Shown here in pieces: positions 35,501-50,500 of a stretch of DNA of 64,000 nucleotides. The translations under genes were made by a program, and so were the position numbers. The notes beneath the pieces were generated by a model. The model was not told the origin of the DNA. It ran no database searches and was given only the letters and a program-made list of their open reading frames with translations. The DNA is from Eledone cirrhosa (Eukaryota), in assembly GCA_964016885.1 (NCBI GenBank), contig OZ024743.1:83514001-83578000 (forward strand), read 5' to 3'. Within the stretch, counting starts at the first letter, position 1. The number at the start of each line of letters is the position of its first letter.

Positions 35501-38500
35501 ACGGACTAGGGTGTGGCAATAGAGAGACAGACTAGGGTGTGACAATAGAGAGACAGACTAAGGTGTGACAATATAGAGACAGACTAGAGTGTGACAATAT
35601 AGAGACAGACTAAGGTGTGATAATAGAGAGACAGACTAGGGTGTGACAATACATAGACAGACTAAGGTGTGACAATATAGAGACAGACTAGAGTGTGACA
35701 ATATAGAGAGACAGACTAAGGTGTGACAATAGAGAGACAGACTAGGGTGTGCCAATAGAGAGGGACAGACTAAGGTGTGATAATAGAGAGACAGACTAGG
35801 GTATGACAATAGAGAGACAGACTAGGGTGTGACAATAGAGAGACAGACTAACGTGTGACAATAGAGAGGGACAGACTAAGGTGTGACAATAGAGAGACAG
35901 ACTAGGTTGTGACAATAGAGAGACAGACTAAGGTGTGACAATAGAGAGGGACAGACTAAGGTGTGACAATAAAGAGACAGACTAAGGTGTGACAATAGAG
36001 AGAGACAGACTAGGGTGTGACAATAGAGAGACAGACTAAGGTGTGATAATAGAGAGACAGACTAGGGTGTGACAATAGAGAGACAGACTAGGGTGTGACA
36101 ATATAGAGAGACAGGCTAAGGTGTGACAATAGAGAGACAGACTAGGGTGTGACAATAGAGAGGGACAGACTAAGGTGTGATAATAGATAGACAGACTAGG
36201 ATGTGACAATAGAGAGACAGACTAGGGTGTGACAATAGTGAGACAGACTAAGGTGTGACAATATAGAGACAGACTAGGATGTGATAATAGAGAGACAGAC
36301 TAGGGTGTGACAATAGAGAGACAGACTAAGGTGTGACAATAGAGAGGGACAGACTAAGGTGTGATAGTAGAGAGACAGACTAGGGTGTGACAATAGAGAG
36401 ACAGACTAAGGTGTGACAAGAGAGAGACAGACTAAGGTGTGACAATAGAGAGGGACAGACTAAGGTGTAATAATAGAGAGACAGACCAGGGTGTGACAAT
36501 ATAGAGAGACAGACTATGGTGTGACAATAGAGAGGGACAGACTAAGGTGTGACAATAGAGAGACATACTAAGGTGTGACAATAGAGAGACAGACTAGTGT
36601 GTGACAATATAGAGAGACAGACTAAGGTGTGACAATAGAGAGACAGACTAGGTTGTGACAATATAGAGACAGACTAAGGTGTGAGAATAGAGAGACAGAC
36701 TAGGGTGTGACATTAGAGAGACAGACTAAGGTGTGACAATAGAGAGACATACTAAGGTGTGACAATAGACAGACAGACTAAGGTGTGACAATAGAGAGAG
36801 ACAGACTAAGGTGTGACAATAGAGAGACAGACTAGGGTGTAACAATAGAGAGACAGACTAAGGTGTGACAATATAGAGACAGACTAGAATGTGACAATAT
36901 AGAGAGACAGACTAAGGTGTGACAATAGAGAGACAGACTAAGGTGTGACAATAGAGAGGGACAGACTAAGGTGTGATAATAGAGAGACAGACTAGGGTGT
37001 GACAATAGAGAGACAGACTAGGGTGTGACAATATAGAGAGACAGACTAAGGTGTGACAATAGAGAGACAGACTAGGGTGTGACAATAGAGAGGGAAAGAC
37101 TAAGGTGTGATAATAGAGAGACAGACTAGGGTGTGACAATAGAGAGACAGACTAATGTGTGACAATAGAGAGACAGACTAGTGTGTGACAATAGAGAGAC
37201 CGACTGAGGTGTGACAATATAGAGAGACAGAATAAGGTGTCACAATAGAGAGACAGACTAAGGTGTGACAATAGAGAGACAGACTGAGGTGTGACAAGAG
37301 AGAGACAGACTAAGGTGTGACAATAGAGAGACAGACTAGGTTGTGACAATAGAGAGACAGACTAAGGTGTGACAAGTGAGAGACAGACTAGGTTGAGACA
37401 ATAGAGAGACAGACGAATGTGTGACAAGAGAGAGACCGACTAAGGTGTGACTATAGAGAAACAGACTAAGGTGTGACAATAGAGAGACAGATTAAGCTGT
37501 GACAATAGAGAAACAGACTAGGGTGTGACACTAGAGAAACAGACTAAGGTGTGATAATAGAGAGACAGACTAAGCTGTGACAATCGAGAAACAGACTAGG
37601 GTGTGACAATAGAGGGACAGACTAAGGTGTGATAATAGAGAGACAGACTAAGGTGTGACAATAGAGAGGGACAGACTAAGGTGTGACAATAGAGAGGGAC
37701 AGACTAAGGTGTAACAACAGAGAGACAGACTAGGGTGTGACAATAGAGAGACAGACAAAGGTGTGACAATAGAGAGAGACAGACTAAGGTGTTACAATAG
37801 AGAGACAAACTAGGGTGTGACAATAGAGAGACAGACTAAGGTTTGACAATAGAGAGACAGACTAGGGTGTGACAATAGAGAGACAGACTAGGGTGTGACA
37901 ATATAGAGAGACAGACTAAGGTGTGACAATAGAGAGACAGACTAGGGTGTGACAATAGAGAGACAGACTAGGGTGTGACAATAGAGAGGGACAGACTAAG
38001 GTGTGATAATAGAGAGACAGACTAGGGTGTGACAATAGAGAGACAGACTAGGGTGTCACAATAGAGAGACAGACTAAGGTGTGACAATAGAGAGACAGAC
38101 TAGGGTGTGACAATATAGAGACAGACTAAGGTCTGATAATAGAGAGACAGTCTAGGGTGTGACAATAGAGAGACAGACTAAGGTGTGACAATATAGAGAC
38201 AGACTAGAGTGTGACAATATAGAGAGACAGACTAAGGTGTGACAATAGAGAGACAGACTAGGGTGTGCCAATAGAGAGGGACAGACTAAGGTGTGATAAT
38301 AGAGAGACAGACTAGGGTGTGACAATAGAGAGACAGACTAGGGTGTGACAATAGAGAGACAGACTAAGGTGTGACAATAGAGAGGGACAGACTAAGATGT
38401 GACAATAGAGAGACAGACTAGGGTGTGACAATAGAGAGACAGACTAAGGTGTGACAATAGAGAGGGACAGACTAAGGTGTGACAATAGAGAGACAGACTA

Positions 38501-41500
38501 AGGTGTGACAATAGAGAGACAGACTAGGGTGTGACAATATAGAGAGACAGACTAAGGTGTGACAATAGAGAGACAGACTAGGGTGTGACAATAGAGAGGG
38601 ACAGACTAAGGTGTGATAATAGAGAGACAGACTAGGGTGTGACAATAGAGAGACAGACTAAGGTGTGACAATAGAGAGACAGACTAGAGTGTGACAATAG
38701 AGAGACAGACTGAGGTGTGACAATACAGAGACAGACTAAGGTGTGAAAATATAGAGAGACAGAATAAGGTGTGACAATAGAGAGACAGACTAAGGTGTGA
38801 CAATAGAGAGACAGACTGAGGTGTGACAAGAGAGAGACAGACTAACGTGTGACAATAGAGAGACAGACTAAGGTGTGAAAATAGAGTGGGACAGACTAAG
38901 GTGTGACAATAGAGAGACAGACAAGGTTGTGACAATAGAGAGACAGACTAAGGTGTGACAAGAGAGAGACAGACTAGGTTGTGACAATAGAGAGACAGAC
39001 GAAGGTGTGACAAGAGAGAGACCGACTAAGGTGTGACTATAGAGAAACAGACTAAGGTGTGACAATAGAGAGACAGATTAAGCTGTTACAATAGAGAAAC
39101 AGACTAGGGTGTGACACTAGAGAAACAGACTAAGGTGTGACAATAGAGAGACAGACTAAGCTGTGACAATAGAGAAACAGACTAGAGTGTGACAATAGAG
39201 GGACAGACTAAGGTGTGATAATAGAGAGACAGACTAAGGTGTGACAATAGAGAGGGACAGACTAAGGTGTGACAATAGAGAGGGACAGACTAAGGTGTAA
39301 CAATAGAGAGACAGACTAGGGTGTGACAATAGAGAGACAGACTAAGGTGTGACAATAGAGAGACAGACTAAGGTGTGACAATAGAGAGAGACAGACTAAG
39401 GTGTGACAATATAGAGACAGACTATGGTGTGACAATAGAGAGGGACAGACTAATGTGTGACAATAAAGAGGGACAGACTAAGGTGTGACAATATAGAGAC
39501 AGACCAGAGTGTGACAATATAGAGAGACAGACTAAGGTGTGACAATAGAGAGACAGACTAGGGTGTGCCAATAGAGAGGGACAGACTAAGGTGTGATAAT
39601 AGAGAGACAGACTAGGGTGTGACAATAGAGAGACAGACTAGGGTGTGACAATAGAGAGACAGACTAAGGTGTGACAATAGAGAGGGACAGACTAAGGTGT
39701 GACAATAGAGAGACAGACTAGGGTGTGACAATAGAGAGACAGACTAAGGTGTGACAATAGAGAGGGACAGACTAAGGTGTGACAATAGAGAGAGAGACTA
39801 AGGTGTGACAATAGAGAGAGACAGACTAGGGTGTGACAATATAGAGACAGACTAAGGTGTGATAATAGAGAGACAGACTAGGGTGTGACAATAGAGAGAC
39901 AGACAAGGGTGTGACAATATAGAGAGACAGGCTAAGGTGTGACAATAGAGAGACAGACTAGGGTGTGACAATAGAGAGAGACAGACTAAGGTGTGATAAT
40001 AGAGAGACAGACTAGGGTGTGACAATAGAGAGACAGACTAGGGTGTGACAATAGTGAGACAGACTAAGGTGTGACAATATAGAGACAGACTAGGGTGTGA
40101 CAATATAGAGACAGACTAAGGTGTGATAATAGAGAGACAGACTAGGGTGTGACAATAGAGAGACAGACTAAGGTGTGACAATAGAGAGGGACAGACTAAG
40201 GTGTGATAATAGAGAGACAGACAAGGGTGTGACAATAGAGAGAGACAGACTATGGTGTGACAATAGAGAGGGACAGACTAAGGTGTGACAATAGAGAGAC
40301 ATACTAAGGTGTGACAATAGAGAAACAAACTAGTGTGTGACAATATAGAGAGACAGACTAAGGTGTGACAATAGAGAGACAGACTAAGGTGTGACAATAG
40401 AGAGACAGACTAAGGTGTGACAATAGAAAGGGACAGAATAAGGTGTGACAATAGAGAGACAGACTAGGGTGTGACAATAGAGAGACAGACTAGGGTGTGA
40501 CAATATAGAGAGACAGACTCAGGTGTGACAATAGAGAGACAGACTAGGGTGTGACAATAGAGAGGGACAGACTAAGGTGTGACAATAGAGAGACAGACTA
40601 GGGTGTGACAATAGAGAGACAGACTAAGTTGTGACAATAGAGAGACAGACTAGGGTTTAACAATATAGAGACAGACTAAGGTGTGATAATAGAGAGACAG
40701 ATTAGGGTGTGACAATAGAGAGACAGACTAGGGTGTGAAAATATAGAGAGACAGAATAAGGTGTGACAATAGAGAGACAGACTAATGTGTGACAATAGAG
40801 AGACAGACTGAGGTGTGACAAGAGAGAGACAGACTAACGTGTGACAATAGAGAGACAGACTAAGGTGTGACAATAGAGTGGGACAGACTAAGGTGTGACA
40901 ATAGAGAGACAGACAAGGTTGTGACAATAGAGAGACAGACTAAGGTGTGACAAGAGAGAGACAGACTAGGTTGTGACAATAGAGAGACAGACGAAGGTGT
41001 GACAAGAGAGAGACCGACTAAGGTTTGACTATAGAGAAACAGACTAAGGTGTGACAATAGAGAGACAGATTAAGCTGTGACAATAGAGAAACAGACTAGG
41101 GTGTGACACTAGAGAAACAGACTAAGGTGTGACAATAGAGAGACAGACTAAGCTGTGACAATAGAGAAACAGACTAGAGTGTGACAATAGAGGGACAGAC
41201 TAAGGTGTGATAATAGAGAGACAGACTAAGGTGTGACAATAGAGAGGGACAGACTAAGGTGTGACAATAGAGAGGGACAGACTAAGGTGTAACAATAGAG
41301 AGACAGACTAGGGTGTGACAATAGAGAGACAGACTAAGGTGTGACAATAGAGAGACAGACTAAGGTGTGACAATAGAGAGAGACAGACTAAGGTGTGACA
41401 ATATAGAGACAGACTATGGTATGACAATAGAGAGGGACAGACTAATATGTGCCAATAAAGAGGGACAGACTAAGGTGTGACAATATAGAGACAGACCAGA

Positions 41501-44500
41501 GTGTGACAATATAGAGAGACAGACTAAGGTGTGACAATAGAGAGACAGACTAGGGTGTGCCAATAGAGAGGGACAGACTAAGGTGTGATAATAGAGAGAC
41601 AGACTAGGGTGTGACAATAGAGAGACAGACTAGGGTGTGACAATAGAGAGACAGACTAAGGTGTGACAATAGAGAGGGACAGACTAAGGTGTGACAATAG
41701 AGAGACAGACTAGGGTGTGACAATAGAGAGACAGACTGAGGTGTGACAAGAGAGAGACAGACTAAGGTGTGACAATAGAGAGACAGACTAAGGTGTGACA
41801 ATAGAGTGGGACAGACTAAGGTGTGACAATAGAGAGACAGACTAGGTTGTGACAATAGAGAGACAGACTAAGGTGTGACAATAGAGAGAGACAGACTAAG
41901 GTGTTACAATAGAGAGACAAACTAGGGTGTAACAATAGAGAGACAGACTAAGGTTTGACAATAGAGAGACAGACTAGGGTGTGACAATAGAGAGACAGAC
42001 TAGGGTGTGACAATATAGAGAGACAGACTAAGGTGTGACAATAGAGAGACAGACTAGGGTGTGACAATAGAGAGACAGACTAGGGTGTGACAATAGAGAG
42101 GGACAGACTAAGGTGTGATAATAGAGAGACAGGCTAGGGTGTGACAATAGAGAGACAGACTAGGGTGTGACAATAGAGAGACAGACTAAGGTGTGACAAT
42201 AGAGAGATAGAATAGGGTGTGACAATATAGAGACAGACTAAGGTGTGATAATAGAGAGACAGACTAGGGTGTGACAATAGAGAGACAGACTAGAGTGTGA
42301 CAATATAGAGAGACAGGCTAAGGTGTGACAATAGAGAGAAAGACTTGTGTGTGACAATAGAGAGGGACAGACTAAGGTGTGATAATAGAGAGACAGACTA
42401 GGGTGTGACAATAGAGAGACAGACTAGGGTGTGACAATAGAGGGGGACAGACTAAGGTGTGATAATAGAGAGACAGACTAGGGTGTGACAATAGAGAGAC
42501 AGACTAGGGTGTGACAATAGAGAGACAGACTAAGCTGTGACAATATAGAGACAGACTAAGGTGTGATAATAGAGAGACAGACTAGGGTGTGACAATAGAG
42601 AGACAGACTAGGGTGTGACAATATAGAGAGACAGGCTAAGGTGTGACAATAGAGAGACAGACTAGGGTGTGACAATAGAGAGGGACAGACTAAGGTGTGA
42701 TAATAGAGAGACAAACTAGGGTGTGACAATAGAGAGACAGACTAGTCTGTGACAATAGAGAGTCAGACTAAGGTGTGACAATATAGAGACAGACTAGAGT
42801 GTGACAATATAGAGACAGACTAAGATGTGATAATAGAGAGACAGACTAGGGTGTGACAATAGAGAGACAGTCTAAGGTGTGACAATAGAGAGGGACAGAC
42901 TAAGGTGTGATAATAGAGAGACAGACTAGGGTGTGACAATAGAGAGACAGACTAAGGTGTGTCAATACAGAGGGACAGACTAAGGTGTGATAATAGAGAG
43001 ACAGACTAGGGTGTGACAATAGAGAGACAGACTAAGGTGTGACAAGAGAGAGACAGACTAAGGTGTGACAATAGAGAGGGACAGACTAATTTGTAATAAT
43101 AGAGAGACAGACCAGGGTGTGACAATATAGAGAGACAGACTATGGTGTGACAATAGAGAGGGACAGACTATGGTGTGACAATAGAGAGACAGACTAAGGT
43201 GTAACAATTGTGAGACAGACTAGGGTGTGACAATATAGAGAGACAGACTAAGGTGTGACAATAGAGAGACAGACTAAGGTGTGACAATAGAGAGACAGAC
43301 TAAGGTGTGACACTAGAAAGGGACAGAATAAGGTGTGACAATAGAGAGACAGACTAGGTTGTGACAATATAGAGACAGACTAAGGTGTGACAATAGAGAG
43401 ACAGACTAGGGTGTGACATTAGAGAGACAGACTAAGGTGTCACAATAGAGAGACATACTAAGGTGTGACAATAGACAGACAGACTAAGGTGTGACAATAG
43501 AGAGAGACAGACTAAGGTGTGACAATATAGAGACAGATTATGGTGTGACAATAGAGAGGGACAGACTAAGGTGTGACAATAGAGAGGGACAGACTAAGGT
43601 GTGACAATATAGAGACAGACTAGAGTGTGACAATATAGAGAGACAGACTAAGGTGTGACAATAGAGAGACAGACTAGGGTGTGCCAATAGAGAGGGACAG
43701 ACTAAGGTGTGATAATAGAGAGACAGACTAAGGTGTGACAATAGAGAGACAAACTAGGGTGTGACAATAGAGAGGGACAGACTAAGGTGTGATAATAGAG
43801 AGACAGACAAGGGTGTGACAATATAGAGAGACAGACTAATGTGTGACAATAGAGACAGACTAGGGTGTGACAATATAGAGAGACAGACTAAGGTGTGACA
43901 ATAGAGAAACAGACTAAGGTGTGACAATATAGAGAGACAGAATAAGGTGTGACAATAGAGAGACAGACTAAGGTGTGACAATAGAGAGACAGACTGAGGT
44001 GTGACAAGAGAGAGACAGACTAAGGTGTGACAATAGAGAGACAGACTAAGGTGTGACAATAGAGTGGGACAGACTAAGGTGTGACAATAGAGGGACAGAC
44101 TAGGTTGTGACAATAGAGAGACAGACTAAGGTGTGACAAGAGAGAGACAGACTAGGTTGTGACAATAGAGAGACAGACGAAGGTGTGACAAGAGAGAGAC
44201 CGACTAAGGTGTGACTATAGAGAAACAGACTAAGGTGTGACAATAGAGAGACAGATTAAGCTGTGACAATAGAGAAACAGACTAGGGTGTGACACTGGAG
44301 AAACAGACTAAGGTGTGACAATAGAGAGGGACAGACTAAGGTGTGACAATAGAGAGGGACAGACTAAGGTGTGACAATAGAGAGACAGACTAAGGTATGA
44401 CAATAGAGAGACAGACTAAGGTGTGAGAAGAGAGAGACAGACTAAGGTGTGATAATAGAGAGACAGACTAGGGTGTGACAATAGAGAGACAGACTACGGT

Positions 44501-47500
44501 GAGACAATAGAGAGGGACAGACTAAGGTGTGATAATAGAGAGACAGACTAGGGTGTGACGATAGAGAGACAGACTAGGGTGTGACAATAGAGAGGGACAG
44601 ACTAAGGTGTGATAATAGAGAGACAGACTAGGGTGTGATAATAGAGAGACAGACTAGGGTGTGACAATAGAGAGACAGACTGAGGTGTGACAATATAGAG
44701 ACAGACTAGGGTGTGACAATATAGAGAGAGACTAAGGTGTGATAATAGAGATACAGACTAGGGTGTGACAATAGAGAGACAGACTAGGGTGTGACAATAT
44801 AGAGAGACAGGCTAAGGTGTGATAATAGAGAGACAGACTAGTGTGTGACAATAGAGAGGGACAGACTAAGGTGTGATGATAGAGAGACAGACTAGGGTGT
44901 GGCAATAGAGAGACTGACTAGGGTGTGACAATAGAGAGACAGACTAAGGTGTGACAATATAGAGACAGACTAGAGTGTGACAATATAGAGACAGACTAAG
45001 GTGTGATAATAGAGAGACAGACTAGGGTGTGACAATAGAGAGACAGACTAAGGTGTGACAATATAGAGACAGACTAGAGTGTGACAATATAGAGAGACAG
45101 ACTAAGGTGTGACAATAGAGAGACAGACTAGGGTGTGCCAATACAGAGGGACAGACTAAGGTGTGATAATAGAGAGACAGACTAGGGTGTGACAATAGAG
45201 AGACAGACTAGGGTGTGACAATAGAGAGACAGACTAAGGTGTTACAATAGAGAGGGACAGACTAAGGTGTAACAATAGAGAGACAGACTAGGGTGTGACA
45301 ATAGAGAGACAGACTAAGGTGTGACAATAGGGAGGGACAGACTAAGGTGTGACAATAGAGAGACAGACTAAGGTGTGACAATAGAGAGAGACAGACTAGG
45401 GTGTGACAATATAGAGACAGACTAAGGTGTGATAATAGAGAGACAGACTAGGGTGTGACAATAGAGAGACAGACTAGGGTGTGACAATATAGAGAGACAG
45501 GCTAAGGTGTGACAATAGAGAGACAGACTAGGGTGTGACAATATAGAGACAGACTAAGGTGTGATAATAGAGAGACAGACTAGGGTGTGACAATAGAGAG
45601 ACAGTCTAAGGTGTGACAATAGAGAGGGACAGACTAAGGTGTGATAATAGAGAGACAGACTAGGGTGTGACAATAGAGAGACAGACTAAGGTGTGTCAAT
45701 ACAGAGGGACAGACTAAGGTGTGATAATAGAGAGACAGACTAGGGTGTGACAATAGAGAGACAGACTAAGGTGTGACAAGAGAGAGACAGACTAAGGTGT
45801 GACAATAGAGAGGGACAGACTAAGTTGTAATAATAGAGAGACAGACCAGGGTGTGACAATATAGAGAGACAGACTATGGTGTGACAATAGAGAGGGACAG
45901 ACTAAGGTGTGACAATAGAGAGACAGACTAAGGTGTAACAATTGTCAGACAGACTAGGGTGTGACAATATAGAGAGACAGACTACGGTGTGACAATAGAG
46001 AGAGAGACTAAGGTGTGACAATAGAGAGACAGACTAAGGTGTGACAATAGAAAGGGACAGAATAAGTTGTGACAATAGAGAGACAGACAAGGTTGTGACA
46101 ATATAGAGACAGACTAAGGTGTGACAATAGAGAGACAGACTAGGGTGTGACATTAGAGAGACATACTAAGGTGTGACAATAGACAGACAGACTAAGGTGT
46201 GACAATAGAGAGGGACAGACTAAGGTGTGACAATAGAGAGGGACAGACTAAGGTGTGACAATATAGAGACAGACTAGAGTGTGACAATATAGAGAGACAG
46301 ACTAAGGTGTGACAATAGAGAGACAGACCAGGGTGTGCCAATAGAGAGGGACAGACTAATGTGTGATAATAGAGAGACAGACTAAGGTGTGACAATAGAG
46401 AGACAAACTAGGGTGTGACAATAGAGAGGGACAGACTAAGGTGTGATAATAGAGAGACAGACTAGGGTGTGACAATATAGAGAGACAGACTAAGGTGTGA
46501 CAATAGAGACAGACTAGGGTGTGACAATATAGAGAGACAGGCTAAGGTGTGACAATAGAGAGACAGACTAAGGTGTGACAATATAGAGAGACAGAATAAG
46601 GTGTGACAATAGAGAGACAGACTAAGGTGTGACAATAGAGAGACAGACTGAGGTGTGACAAGAGAGAGACAGACTAAGGTGTGACAATAGAGAGACAGAC
46701 TAGGTTGTGACAATAGAGAGACAGACTAAGGTGTGACAAGAGAGAGACAGACTAGGTTGTGACAATAGAGAGACAGACGAAGGTTTGACAAGAGAGAGAC
46801 CGACTAAGGTGTGACAATATAGAGACAGACTAAGGTGTGATAATAGAGAGACAGACTAGGGTGTGACAATAGAGAGACAGACTAGGGTGTGACAATATAG
46901 AGAGACAGGCTAAGGTTTGATAATAGAGAGACAGACTAGTGTGTGACAATACAGAGGGACAGACTAAGGTGTGATGATAGAGAGACGGACTAGGGTGTGG
47001 CAATAGAGAGACAGACTAGGGTGTGACAATAGAGAGACAGACTAAGGTGTGACAATATAGAGACAGACTAGAGTGTGACAATATAGAGACAGACTAAGGT
47101 GTGATAATAGAGAGACAGACTAGGGTGTGACAATACATAGACAGACTAAGGTGTGACAATATAGAGACAGACTAGAGTGTGACAATATAGAGAGACAGAC
47201 TAAGGTGTGACAATAGAGAGACAGACTAGGGTGTGCCAATAGAGAGGGACAGACTAAGGTGTGATAATAGAGAGACAGACTAGGGTGTGACAATAGAGAG
47301 ACAGACTAGGGTGTGACAATAGAGAGACAGACTAACGTGTGACAATAGAGAGGGACAGACTAAGGTGTGACAATAGAGAGACAGACTAGGTTGTGACAAT
47401 AGAGAGACAGACTAAGGTGTGACAATAGAGAGGGACAGACTAAGGTGTGACAATAAAGAGACAGACTAAGGTGTGACAATAGAGAGAGACAGACTAGGGT

Positions 47501-50500
47501 GTGACAATAGAGAGACAGACTAAGGTGTGATAATAGAGAGACAGACTAGGGTGTGACAATAGAGAGACAGACTAGGGTGTGACAATATAGAGAGACAGGC
47601 TAAGGTGTGACAATAGAGAGACAGACTAGGGTGTGACAATAGAGAGGGACAGACTAAGGTGTGATAATAGATAGACAGACTAGGATGTGACAATAGAGAG
47701 ACAGACTAGGGTGTGACAATCGTGAGACAGACTAAGGTGTGACAATATAGAGACAGACTAGGATGTGATAATAGAGAGACAGACTAGGGTGTGACAATAG
47801 AGAGACAGACTAAGGTGTGACAATAGAGAGGGACAGACTAAGGTGTGATAGTAGAGAGACAGACTAGGGTGTGACAATAGAGAGACAGACTAAGGTGTGA
47901 CAAGAGAGAGACAGACTAAGGTGTGACAATAGAGAGGGACAGACTAAGGTGTAATAATAGAGAGACAGACCAGGGTGTGACAATATAGAGAGACAGACTA
48001 TGGTGTGACAATAGAGAGGGACAGACTAAGGTGTGACAATAGAGAGACATACTAAGGTGTGACAATAGAGAGACAGACTAGTGTGTGACAATATAGAGAG
48101 ACAGACTAAGGTGTGACAATAGAGAGACAGACTAAGGTGTGACAATAGAGAGACAGACTAAGGTGTGACAATAGAAAGGGACCAAATAAGGTGTGACAAT
48201 AGAGAGACAGACTAGGTTGTGACAATATAGAGACAGACTAAGGTGTGAGAATAGAGAGACAGACTAGGGTGTGACATTAGAGAGACAGACTAAGGTGTGA
48301 CAATAGAGAGACATACTAAGGTGTGACAATAGACAGACAGACTAAGGTGTGACAATAGAGAGAGACAGACTAAGGTGTGACAATAGAGAGACAGACTAGG
48401 GTGTAACAATAGAGAGACAGACTAAGGTGTGACAATATAGAGACAGACTAGAATGTGACAATATAGAGAGACAGACTAAGGTGTGACAATAGAGAGACAG
48501 ACTAAGGTGTGACAATAGAGAGGGACAGACTAAGGTGTGATAATAGAGAGACAGACTAGGGTGTGACAATAGAGAGACAGACTAGGGTGTGACAATATAG
48601 AGAGACAGACTAAGGTGTGACAATAGAGAGACAGACTAGGGTGTGACAATATAGAGAGACAGACTAAGGTGTGACAATAGAGAGACAGACTAGGGTGTGA
48701 CAATAGAGAGGGAAAGACTAAGGTGTGATAATAGAGAGACAGACTAATGTGTGACAATAGAGAGACAGACTAGTGTGTGACAATAGAGAGACAGACTGAG
48801 GTGTGACAATATAGAGAGACAGAATAAGGTGTCACAATAGAGAGACAGACTAAGGTGTGACAATAGAGAGACAGACTGAGGTGTGACAAGAGAGAGACAG
48901 ACTAAGGTGTGACAATAGAGAGACAGACTAGGTTGTGACAATAGAGAGACAGACTAAGGTGTGACAAGTGAGAGACAGACTAGGTTGAGACAATAGAGAG
49001 ACAGACGAATGTGTGACAAGAGAGAGACCGACTAAGGTGTGACTATAGAGAAACAGACTAAGGTGTGACAATAGAGAGACAGATTAAGCTGTGACAATAG
49101 AGAAACAGACTAGGGTGTGACACTAGAGGGACAGACTAAGGTGTGATAATAGAGAGACAGACTAAGGTGTGACAATAGAGAGGGACAGACTAAGGTGTGA
49201 CAATAGAGAGGGACAGACTAAGGTGTAACAACAGAGAGACAGACTAGGGTGTGACAATAGAGAGACAGACAAAGGTGTGACAATAGAGAGAGACAGACTA
49301 AGGTGTTACAATAGAGAGACAGACTAAGGTTTGACAATAGAGAGACAGACTAGGGTGTGACAATAGATAGACAGACTAGGGTGTGACAATATAGAGAGAC
49401 AGACTAAGGTGTGACAATAGAGAGACAGACTAGGGTGTGACAATAGAGAGACAGACTAGGGTGTGACAATAGAGAGGGACAGACTAAGGTGTGATAATAG
49501 AGAGACAGACTAGGGTGTGACAATAGAGAGACAGACTAGGGTGTCACAATAGAGAGACAGACTAAGGTGTGACAATAGAGAGACAGACTAGGGTGTGACA
49601 ATATAGAGACAGACTAAGGTGTGATAATAGAGAGACAGACTAGGGTGTGACAATAGAGAGACAGACTAAGGTGTGACAATATAGAGACAGACTAGAGTGT
49701 GACAATATAGAGAGACAGACTAAGGTGTGACAATAGAGAGACAGACTAGGGTGTGCCAATAGAGAGGGACAGACTAAGGTGTGATAATAGAGAAACAGAC
49801 TAGGGTGTGACAATAGAGAGACAGACTAGGGTGTGACAATAGAGAGACAGACTAAGGTGTGACAATAGAGAGGGACAGACTAAGATGTGACAATAGAGAG
49901 ACAGACTAGGGTGTGACAATAGAGAGACAGACTAAGGTGTGACAATAGAGAGGGACAGACTAAGGTGTGACAATAGAGAGACAGACTAAGGTGTGACAAT
50001 AGAGAGAGACAGACTAGGGTGTGACAATAGAGAGACAGACTAGGTTGTGACAATAGAGAGACAGACTAAGGTGTGACAATAGAGAGAGACAGACTAAGGT
50101 GTTACAATAGAGAGACAAACTAGGGTGTGACAATAGAGAGACAGACTAAGGTTTGACAATAGAGAGACAGACTAGGGTGTGACAATAGAGAGACAGACTA
50201 GGGTGTGACAATATAGAGAGACAGACTAAGGTGTGACAATAGAGAGACAGACTAGGGTGTGACAATAGAGAGACAGACTAGGGTGTGACAATAGAGAGGG
50301 ACAGACTAAGGTGTGATAATAGAGAGACAGGCTAGGGTGTGACAATAGAGAGACAGACTAGGGTGTGACAATAGAGAGGGACAGACTAAGGTGTGATAAT
50401 AGAGAGATAGAATAGGGTGTGACAATATAGAGACAGACTAAGGTGTGATAATAGAGAGACAGACTAGGGTGTGACAATAGAGAGAGACAGGCTAAGGTGT

